DNA of 64,000 nt from Octopus sinensis (taxonomy: Eukaryota). The translations under genes were made by a program, and so were the position numbers. This document shows, in pieces, positions 13,451-24,733 of this stretch (position 1 is its first letter; every line of letters starts with the position of its first letter). The stretch lies in assembly GCF_006345805.1 (NCBI RefSeq), contig NC_043008.1, positions 39,122,001 to 39,186,000 of the forward strand. The letters run 5' to 3'. The notes beneath the pieces are model-generated. The model was not told the origin of the DNA and made no database searches. It saw only the letters and a program-made list of their open reading frames with translations.

Positions 13451-13827
13451 AGGTGTGATGGTGAAGTTCGATGAATTGCCACAAGATTTAGAACCTTTCA
13501 TGAGATATTAAAAAGTAAAAAAGTAAGTTAAATTGTTTTATTGAAGAAAGAAGGAAAAGAAATATAATTGTTTTCTTTTTAAAAAAGAGAGGAAAAAACG
13601 AGAAAAAAGATAATAGAACGATTGTAAATAGTTTATAAAAAACTTTCAAATGGTACTGCATGGGAGTGGGGCCTATGCGGCCATTTCGTTTTTCATTTTT
13701 ATTCGTTTTATGTTTTTGTCCCCACTGTGGTGTTGTGTCTGTCTTTGAAGTGTCCCCTCTGTGTTGTGGCCGTAGCGCCAAAATAAAGAAACATTGGCGG
13801 AGGTTTGCGTTCTCTAAATGTTCTTGT

Positions 13828-14008
<181 letters not shown>

Positions 14009-17000
14009 CAGTAGTTATATTATTATAGCGTGCTTTCACTTCACTACAGAGCGCAGCTCTGTGTGCCTTGGGTATGTGCTGTGATTTGTTGTGATGCTCT
14101 GATGGTTATTGTATGGAAAGTGTTCTGCATAGGATGTGTGCAGTGCCTAGTAGTGCAATTTTCTGTATGTTATATGTGTTTGTAAGTCCTAGTGTTTTTG
14201 TTATGTATTTGTCTGAATATTTTTTTATCATGCCTAATGCACCTACTATGATAGGAATTGTTTCTGATTTTAGATTCCACGTTCTGGTTACTTCTATTTC
14301 CAGGTCTTTGTATTTTGAAAGTTTCTCCATTTCTTTCAGAGTCACGTTGTCATTTGCCGGTATTGATACATCAATTAGAAAGCATTTTTTTCTTCATGAT
14401 CTCTGACAACTATATCTGGTCTGTTGGCCTTAATTTCTCTAACTGTGTGTATTGGCATATCCCAGAGTATGGTTGCTTTCTCGTTTTCTGTGACCTTTTC
14501 TGGTGTGTGCCTATACCATCTTTTTTCTGTTGTTATTCCATAATGTTGACATAGCTTCCAGAGTATGTAGGTTCCAACTCTGTCATGTCTGTGAATATAT
14601 TCCTTCTTAGCCAGGGCTGGGCAGCTAGAGATAATATGATTTATTGTTTCTTGTTCATCTCCACATATTCTGCAGTTACTCGTTATATTTCTTCTCATTA
14701 CATGTTTTTGGTAATTTCTGGTGGGGAGGCTTTGGTCTTGTGCTGCAATTAAGTATCCCTCTGTCTCTGCTTTGAGTCCTGAGCTTCTCAGCCATTGCTG
14801 GGATTTTTCTTTGTCTATTTTTTTTGCGTTTAGTTTAGTCCAGTATTTACCATGAATAGGCTTTTCTTGCCATCGTTTTATCATGGATCGTTGCTGTTCT
14901 ATTTTTAGTTTGGATTTCATTAGTTTTATAGCTATTGTTGTTTCTTTATCTTCTTCTTCTTCATATTTATTAGGTGGTATGATTTCTTGTTTGTATTTGT
15001 CAGCTTCCTTAAATACTGAGAACAGTTTTTTGCTTTGCTCGTGTTTTGCCGCTATTTGTATCAGTTTTCTTTCCTTCTGAAGTAGATAATTTTGCAGTCC
15101 TATGGTGGTTATTTTATAGTAGTTTTCCAGCTGTATAAGGCCTCTACCACCTTCTATACGTTGTATATATAGTCTTTCTATGTCAGATTTTGGGTGATGC
15201 ATCCAAGATCCTGTCATCATTTTTCTTGTTTTCCTATCTATTTTGGTCAGTTCATTTAGTGTCCAGTTAAGGATATTGTAGGTGTAACTTATAACTGGGA
15301 AAACTAAAGTGTTAATACCTATTATCTTGTTTTTAGCATTGAGCTCTGTTTTTAGTATTGATCTAACTCGTCTATAATATTCTTTTTTATTTTCTCTTTC
15401 ATTTGTGTGTTTTGTGTCTTATCTAGTTCATGGATTCCTAAGTATTTGTAAGTTTGGCTTTGGTCTAATTCTTTTATTTCATTGGTTTTATCTAGTGTGA
15501 TGCTGCTACTCTTAACTAGTTTTCCTCTTTTCATGGTTACTTTGGCGCATTTTTCTAATCCAAATTTCATATCTATTTATTTGGTAAATCCATGAACTGT
15601 CTTTAATAGTGTTTCCAGCTGTTTGTCATTTGCAGCGTATAGTTTTAGGTCATCCATATATAAATGGTAGCTGATCGTTTTGCCGTAACATTTATATCCG
15701 CATCCAGTTCTATTTAGCATATCAGATAGAGGTGACAGTGCTAAGCAGAAAAGGAATGGAGAGAGCGTGTCTCCCTGGAATATTCCTCTTCTAATGGGGA
15801 TGGCTTTGGCTTTCATGAGTCCCTCTTTTGTTTGGAGCTGTAGCACTGTTTGCCATTTATTCATAGAGTACCCGATGAATTTTATAATTGTTGGTGCTAC
15901 TTTGTTAATGGCTAGTGTTTCGAGGATCCATGTGTGGGGGATGCTATCAAACGCCTTTTTGTAGTCGATCCAGGCCATACTGAGGCCTTTCTTCTTTCTG
16001 TGGCTGTCTTCAGTTATGGCTTTATTAATCATTAGTTGATCTTTACAGCCATATGAGCCTTTGCGGCATCCTTTCTGCTCTTCTGGAAACAGGTTGTTTT
16101 CGTCCAGGTGCTTGATCAACCTTTGCAATATCACTGCAGTAAATGCCTTGTACATTTTAGGGAGACTGGTTATTGGTCTGTAGTTTTCTGGTTTTGCTAT
16201 CTGATTTGATTTGGGAATTAAGATGGTTTTCCCCCTCGTGAGCCATTCAGGCATTGTCTCTGGCTCTGCTAGTATGTTGTTAAAGTTTTCAGCCAGCTTT
16301 TTGTGCATTCCTATTAGATATTTCAACCAGAATTTGGGGATCTTGTCATGCCCAGGTGCCTTCCAGTTGCTTAGTCTTTGCAGTGCCTGGGTGACCTCTT
16401 CAGTTGTTATGGGGGTCCAAAGTTGCTCAGATGCTGAGTTTGTTGTTTTGATACTCCTTTTTTTGTTTTTTCGTTCACCGATCATATTTCTCTCCAGAAT
16501 TCTTCCACTTCTTCTGCCGTTAGTGCTGCAGTGATTTCTATTTTATTTTTGACAAGTTTTTGGTAGAACTTTTTGGGGTTGGAGTTGAACTTTTTGTTTT
16601 GTTCAAAGAAGCGCTGGCGTTTCTCGTACCGGCGGATCCTTTGTGCTTTGGCAAGGAATATTGCTTCAGCTTTTCTTTTATCTCAGGTAAATCTTTTTCT
16701 GTGATGTTATATTTGCGGAGTATTTTTGTTTTCTTTTTGTTGCTCAGTAGCGTTGATTGTCTACTGATTTCATTAAGAATCGACAGATCTTTTCTCATCT
16801 TTTGTATTTTGTTTTGAATGTTATTTATCCACAGGGTTTGTTTGGGTGATGGTACTCCTGTTTGGATGGGTTTGAGTGAGTATCCAGCTTCTTTTGTGAC
16901 TGCAGTGGCTGCTGCGTATACTAAGTCATTTAGCTTAGTGATATCGCTTTTTGTTTCAGTGGCTATTAGTTCCGTGACGGCTAGGATTATGCTGTTTATA

Positions 17001-18122
17001 ATTGGTGTTGTTGTTTCGCCTAATTTGATTTTTGGGAGGTATGGTCGGTGATCCATTTTGAGCACTGTGGTTTTCAGTTCTTTGATTATTTTACTTTTAT
17101 ATTATCATAATCATTAGGCTCCCCTTCGCTGTTTCCAGGTTTTAGATTTGTGTCACTTTCTTTCTTATTTATATGTTTGTTTGCCGTGTTTTGGCTTGCT
17201 GTTTGTCGTGTATTATTATGCATCTTTACGGTCTGGGTTTGTTGCTTTTTGTTTATATCGTGTTTGTTGGGAATGTTACGTTTGTCTTCGTGTTTTACTG
17301 TTTCAGTGTTTATATTATTGGGCATTGTTGTGTGGCTTCTATCTACATTTTCCTGGTGTATTTTTTTCTTCTAGATGTTCTATTTCTATTTCTGATATTT
17401 TTTTGCGTTGAGAATGTATCTTCGTACGTTAGCTAGTTTATTAGGGTTCATTGCTGTATCCAAGTCTATATTTATGTTATTTTCCTTCCATATTTTATAT
17501 GTATGTGTTGTTGTGTTTTCATTTTTTGGGTAGAGCACTGCTGTGAAGTATGCGTGTAGGATAGAAATGTATTCCTCACGTGTCCATTTATGTCTTCTGG
17601 GTTTTATCTGCGGGACATGAGGAACAACGTCCAGCCCATTATTTTGACGGTCGTCATTTTCGTAGGGTACCGGTCCGTTCATTTCTGTTGTCACATGGTT
17701 TTGCACGTGTAGTTTTTCGTATATTTTGTGTTGTAAGTTTAAAGTACGTACCTCCCGATTGTTATTCTTCGGTTGAATAACATCGGTGGTATTTAATTTC
17801 TTCGTAGTTCCTTTGTACATGGTGTTTGGGGTCGGGGATGATCTGGTGTTGATGGATCGTAATGTTCCATGCATGTTTACATGTGTTGTGTTAGAGGTGG
17901 AGATGATATCGAGTCAAAATACATCATTTCGTTTCGAAAATAGTAATAAATTTCAATGAGTATTACTTACTCGAGGACAGTCCAATCCTTTGTTAGTAAA
18001 TCTTTGTCCTTGTTTTCGATGTTTGTGGATAGATTTCGGAGCTTTGTTTTATCGTTCTCACGTCTTTAACGTCCCCCGGTGTTATTTCCTTAAACGTCCC
18101 TCGGTGTTCCTTAAATTATTCC

Positions 18123-18123
<1 letters not shown>
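14009..18123 (-). mobile_element. Near full-length R4/Dong-like non-LTR retrotransposon (copy C), ORF frameshifted
   Basis: Consecutive ORF pieces 17386-17874, 16538-17065, 15577-16485 (RT: NYRPIT, DYKKAFDSIPH, GIFQGDTLSP, YMDDLKLY), 15352-15570, 14375-15220 (CRIC...HIISSC, HD, RPDIVV) and 14106-14345. Both ends lie in (TAA)n. Confidence 0.92.
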
Positions 18124-18172
<49 letters not shown>

Positions 18173-18730
18173 GAGTGAGAGAGCAGTTCATGCCATCAAA
18201 GTGACACTGGGGTAAAATATACGAAGCCCAATATACCCATCATGACTACACGTCTGATATAGGTACACCAGGCACATGCATCACAACCATATGTGCGCGA
18301 CATGGTGATCTCATATCAAGATAAACAGCACATGACCTTGCAGGTGGGGCCCAGTTATAATTTTCTTCAGGTTGAGTAGACCATCCTGCTCAAAAGGTCC
18401 CTGAATAAGGGTTGTTTAAGGTTGTTGAAAGAACTACCCATGTTTCCAGAGGTGAATTATTCAAACCCCAAAGAATCCCTCTCAACACATGGCTATGATG
18501 CTCCCCCACTACTTCTGCTCGTGATCAGAGATGCACATATCGTCAGCCACTAAGGGACATGCTCAACTGGTTAAGGTCAAACAACTGACAAGCAAATCTG
18601 TGGTATTGAGCAGAATATTTTCTGTAGCCCATCTTTTATACCAAGACAAAACAAAGTACATGATAACACTTCCAATCAGTTAAGATCAGAAGCCATGAGA
18701 GCCACTGCCTTGTACTGCATCAGGGCATTT
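18173..18730 (-). mobile_element. ~555-bp non-coding element inserted in (TAA)n (copy 1 of 4)
   Basis: Near-identical to 50081-50619, 50787-51344 and 51396-51918; (TTA)n on both sides. Confidence 0.85.
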
Positions 18731-18742
18731 ATTATTATCATG

Positions 18743-18805
<63 letters not shown>

Positions 18806-19960
18806 TAATATTTTTCTCTCAAGTTTGCTGTAACTCATGGAGTCTTGCATGCTCAGCGGGTTTTCTACTTGCAGACTATGGCACTGTGCTATCTGTTCTC
18901 AAGTGTCTAAAACTTTCCTAATTAGTCTGGCCGCGCCAAGAAGGCAAAACTTTTGTAACAGTACTATTGGGCACTCTATTCCAATGTCTTTTATATTCTT
19001 TTTGATGTTTTCTGATGCTGTCTCCAATGACCCAACAATAATCAGCACTATCTTCACCTTCTTCATTTTCCTTAGCCGGGCTATTTCTTACTTATATATC
19101 CATTTTTCGTCTTCTTTCTTGATTATTCGTGTGACAAAGGGACATGCAACATCGACAATATAACACATTATGTGCATCTTGTCCACTATCACTAGGTTCA
19201 GTTTGTTATGCTTCAGCACCTGACCTGATCTTGCAGGCCTCCAACTCCGCCACTCACTCCGGTTTGTGCTCATACCACATCTTGTCTCTCTAGCCCCCAC
19301 TTTTCGCAGTTTCCAATGTAGCACTTCCGCTTTAGTGGTTTTGTGCAAGTTTAGGGCATTCATTTGCGATATGGACAAAGGTTTCGCCCACTCTATTAGA
19401 GATACGGCACAGTGGAAACACTCATTCTTAAGGTTAACCCTCCAATTTGTGGCCAAAGCTTGGTCCTGTGCTGCCAGTAGAGTGCTCTCATTTTCATTTT
19501 TCAGTGTTCCTTTCTTCAGCCAATCTCACCTATGTTTTCCAGCAACTCCTGTTGTGGCTACATGGAATTGATTGTGTAGTCCCTTCTTGCGTAATTCTTC
19601 TTCTTGTCCTTTTTGTACTTCTTCCTTTGCTTTTCCTATTTTCTTTGCTTTCAATACCCCCTAATTCCTAAATGACACTAGCAAGGTTTCCTTACTTTGG
19701 CTCTCGATTTAGATACGTACACTGCGTTCCACACTTATCAGTCCACTTCCTCCATTTTTTCCCTTTATATAAAGGAGATCAGTATCTGCACATGTATGAT
19801 GGGCTTCATGCATCGTTAGGCAATTTCTTCTCTTGTTCTTCAACTCCTTTAGCTCCTCTTCAGGATTCCAGCACCATACCGAACTACTGTGACTATGCGC
19901 GAGTTTATTGTCGAAATTATTTTTCTGGAAGTTAGCTTTGAAGCCAATATTTTTCACACT
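18806..19960 (-). mobile_element. Decayed 3' part of a third R4/Dong-like family
   Basis: LYIKGKNGGSGLIS, IVDKMHIMCYIVDVACPF, LQKFCLLGAARLIRKVL; the 3' end abuts (TTA)n at 18731-18805. Confidence 0.7.
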
Positions 19961-20513
19961 CGCTGCAGGTACTCTTTCTTTCTCTTTTCTTTCACTTAGT
20001 TTTGTTTAATTCCATCTGCCTCAAGATGTTGAGCTTTTCCATGGTTACTGGCTGAAAGGATTTATGAATATCGTCGAAATGTAAGCGATGCTAAGCATAG
20101 GAAGAAATAACACTGTTGAGATACACAAATGAAAAGACTTGTCGTTTGCTAAAAGACACCTTGTAAGAAAGTAAGTAACTGCTACTGTAAATTATCAAAT
20201 AATTACGTGACAATAAATTGCGAAATCTCCTAGTAGATAATTGCACCCATGAAGAAAAACACCTACTAGCTGATGAACAGAAAAGGCTGTCGGGAAGAAG
20301 AGTCTTCGAAACGAATGAGGAAATAATCGATCAACAAGGATAAGCAGAAATACATGGACGAATTTATGTATCGCATGGATCGATTAATAGATTAACCAGC
20401 GATCCAATCCCACATTCATGGATCACTTTGATCATCAAAATAAACAGAGCTAAGTAAAGAATATGGGAAAAGTGAATCACCTATATAGCGATGATCTAAA
20501 GCTTAATATATAC

Positions 20514-20579
<66 letters not shown>

Positions 20580-20621
20580 TATGTACATATACATATATAT
20601 ATACATACATATACGTATATG

Positions 20622-21683
20622 TTATTTTGGGGAATAGATGAATGTCAGACGGGGCTAAGTCTGGCGTATAAGGCGGATGGAGAATAAGTTCGTATCTAAT
20701 ATTGCGAATTGCTGCCATGGCAACCACTGAGATGTGGGCTGGAGAATTGTCGTGAGGAAAAAGGACTCCTCTGGTGAGCATTCCCGGCCTCTTTTCTTTG
20801 ATTGCTTCTCGGAGGCGTTTCAGTAGCTGAGAATAATACAGCCCTGTCACGGTGTGACCCTTTTCAAGGTAATCGATTAGCAAGACACCTTGAGAATAAA
20901 AAAAAATGACTCCTCCATGACCTTGCCAGCTGACGGAATGACCCTGGCCTTCTTTGGGGTAGGAGTAGACGTGTGCTTCCATTGCTTTGATTGTTCTTTG
21001 GTTTCAGGCTGGTAGTAATGAATCCATCTTTCGTAATAAAACGAGCAAGAAAATTTTCTTCTTCAGCTTCAAACAGTTCCAGATTGCTCGTGAGCAAAAT
21101 GCACCTGGTGCGTTTCTGTTCGGGAGTCAAAAAGTGAGGGACACCCCTTGCAGAAACCTTTGAGAACCCAAGTTCTTTTGTCAGAATGTTGTCTGCTCTT
21201 TCAGTTGAGATGTCCAGTCTCTCGGCTATCTCACGACATGATATTCGACGATCTTACATTATCATACCAAGAGCAAGGTCAATGTTGTCCTCGGTGGTTG
21301 CAGTTGGAGGTCTCCTTGGTCTGGCATCATCTTCCACACTCTCCCTGCCACGCTGGAATTCATTTCCTCAGCGTTTGACTATTGCATATGAAGGAGTATT
21401 GTCTGTTAAGGTTCCCTCCATAATTTCAAGGATTTATGATGGAGTCATGCCATTCAAATGAAGGCACTTTGTGATAGCGTGATACTCAGTTTTTTCCATT
21501 TTCCTTGTAAGCTCGACACTTTTTTATTCAAATATCTGAAACAATACAAAATTAAAATATCAGAACCATGGACATGAGCAAGAATACCCCGAAAAAACTG
21601 TACTTAGCAGAAAATATCGTTTCAGCTACCTAGCAGCCCCGTTTCTAGGTTAGGCTCAAAACTTTTCATACACCTGTCGTGTA
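20622..21683 (-). mobile_element. Mariner transposon remnant
   Basis: Frameshifted transposase (LTPEQKRTRC, GVLFPHDNSPAH, HPPYTPDLAPSD.HLFP). TIR-like end TACACGACAGGTGTATGAAAAGTTTTGAGCC near 21683. Confidence 0.85.
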
Positions 21684-21828
21684 TGTATATATATATATAT
21701 ATATATATATCATATAATTAAGGGCTAAAGAGGGTTATTCTAAAGCCAAATACACTGTTTTATCCACTTATAATCCGCTTGTTACAGGAAAATTGAAACT
21801 GAAAACGGGCAACTAAATATATATATAT

Positions 21829-21872
<44 letters not shown>

Positions 21873-22366
21873 CATATATATATATACAAATTATGGAAGT
21901 TTAGTTCACGGATGATCTAAACGATTAGGTATTCTAGGCAAGTGGTGTAACCGATCACTGGGGCTCCAAGGTTATAGCCGAGACAGTAGTTATGGAGACA
22001 TTGCAGATTTCTGATGCAGCGGATATATAATTGTTAAACATGACGTCAAACATTAAGGCAAGGCAAACATCTCAAGTCATATACAATATTATTGTAGAAA
22101 GAAATTCAAAATCTTACAGCTTTTTCTGGGATATCTCCGAGTATGGGTTATTCCGTCATCAAAACATAGGAAGAAATTCGAAATCTTACAGCTGTTTCTG
22201 GGATATCCAATACTCGGAGATATTCCAGAAACAGCTGTAAGATTTTGTATTTCTTCCCTATAATAATATTGTATGAGATGTTTACCTTGCCTTAATATTT
22301 GACGTCCTGTTAAACAAATACATATGTGTTTGTATATGTGTGTGTGTATGTGTGTGTGTGTATGTT

Positions 22367-22404
<38 letters not shown>

Positions 22405-22466
22405 GCGAGAGAGAGAGAGAGAGAGACTCTGTGTGTACATGTACACACACAGGAACACACACACAC

Positions 22467-22544
<78 letters not shown>

Positions 22545-22936
22545 ATACACACACATACACGTATATATTTATATTCCTAAGTAATTTAGCTCTTCCATCA
22601 TTTAGGAAATTCCAATATTTTTTCTTACATGCTACACTCCCTGAACTCAAATTTATCTTCTTTCGTTAGTTTATACTGCCACCACAACTCAGCTTCAGCC
22701 TATACCTTCCCCTAAAGACTATAGTCTACATTAGTATTCGCCCTCTACTAGGATACTTTTGCTTCTTTTTCTTCAACACTTATAAGCTTAATTATCATCC
22801 ACCTATATCCAATGTGCCGTTATCTCCATGGGTAAATAACTGGGTCTGTGCTTGTGTGTCACAGCCCAACTACTGAGATAGAGATGTTCACCAGGGACGA
22901 CTTTTTACAGTTGTTACATACATATTCACTATCATT

Positions 22937-23122
22937 TACTCTTTTATTTGTTTCACTCATATAGCTGCGGTCATGCTGGAGCGCTGCCTGTCTCGAAGGA
23001 GTATTCTTCTTGGTCCACCAAATTAAACCCAGGACACGCTAACACACCAACATCGGTTGTCAATCGATGATGGGGGCACAAACATGGACACCCAGACTAA
23101 CAAACACACACAAAAATATATG

Positions 23123-23175
<53 letters not shown>

Positions 23176-23341
23176 GCTACGGGTTTCATTCAGTTTCCAT
23201 CTACCAAATCCACTCACAAGGCTTTGGTTGTCCCGAAGCTATAGTAGAAGACACTCGCCCAATGTGCCACGAAGTGTGATTGAACACGGAACCATGTGGT
23301 TGAGAAGCAAGCTTCTTACCACACACCCACCTCTTGACCTA
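22937..23341 (-). mobile_element. SINE family A (diverged, internally deleted)
   Basis: Reverse-complement match to 4613-5010. Confidence 0.78.
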
Positions 23342-24545
23342 TGTACACTGAAACATACACAGAAACATGGATATCGAAACACACACTCACAAACATATGC
23401 TTACATACATGCATACATACATACATATATACATACATATATATATATACATGCATGCATACATACATACATAAATACATACGTACAATCTTAGATACGT
23501 ACACACATACTTGCAGACGTATACACATACAACCATACATACATACATACATACATACATACATACATACATACATACATGCATACATGCATACATGCAT
23601 ACATGTATACATACATACATACATACATACACACATACACGTATACACGCATACATGCATACATGCATATATACATACATACATGCATGCATGCATACAT
23701 ACATACATGCATACAAACATACATACGTCCATGCATACATACATACATACAACCATACATACATACATGTATGCATGAGTACATACATACATACATACAT
23801 ACATACATACATACATGCATACATGCATACATACACACATACATACATACATACATACATGCACACATGCATACATACATACATACATGTATGCATACAT
23901 ACATACATACATACACACATACACGTATACACGCATACATGCATACATGCATATATACATACATACATGCATGCATGCATACATACATACATGCATACAA
24001 ACATACATACGTCCATGCATACATACATACATACAACCATACATACATACATGTATGCATGAGTACATACATACATACATATATACATACATACATACAT
24101 ACATACATACATACATGCACACATGCATACATGCATACATACACACATACATACATACATACATGCATGCATACATACATACATGCATACATGCATATAT
24201 ACATACATACATACATACATACATACATACATACATACATGTATGCATACATACATACTTACATCCATGCATACATATATGCATACATACATACAACCAT
24301 CCATCCATACATACATACATACATACATCCATGCATACATAATACATACATACATACATACATACATACATCCTTGCATACATACATACACACATAAGCA
24401 CATGCATGCATAAATACATACAATCTTAGATACGTACACACATACTTGCAGACGTATACACATACAACCATACATACATACATACATGCATGGACACATG
24501 CATACATACATATGCATAGAAACACACTTACAGACAGACAGACAA
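23342..24545. repeat. 1.2-kb compound (ACAT)n/(GCAT)n satellite with higher-order repeats
   Basis: Tetranucleotide array. A block of about 280 bp occurs twice (near 23631 and 23914), and a block of about 70 bp occurs near 23472 and 24411. Confidence 0.95.
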
Positions 24546-24674
24546 GCTAAAGTGTGCAAGACGGTAAATTTTGAGTATGATTTGTTATGATATTGTCACT
24601 TGGAAAAGACGCCGTTGTTGCTATTTACCAAAGAAGCGGCATTCTTTAAACGCCAACGGAAGATATATTCCTGC

Positions 24675-24709
24675 TATAAACGGAAATTGTAAAATAACAC
24701 AAGTCAAAG
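24675..24709 (+). promoter_or_regulatory. Candidate TATA box plus initiator for rGC copy 1
   Basis: TATAAA at 24675-24680, and the A of TCA 31 nt downstream (24706), 28 nt before the ATG. Same spacing in copy 2. Confidence 0.4.
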
Positions 24710-24733
24710 CTTCGAAAATATTCGAAAAGAAAT

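Noticed and set aside
12700-13790. Purine-rich coding-like segment (LPMDVYSKNVKDIV...)
   Set aside because: Multiple stops and no motif I can assign; probably a decayed LINE end.
20270-20312. CTGATGA ... GAAAC possible second hammerhead
   Set aside because: Spacing and stems do not form a valid core.
23316-24559. 250-390 aa MYVC/HTYI-repeat ORFs on both strands
   Set aside because: Stop-free frames of the (ACAT)n satellite, not proteins.
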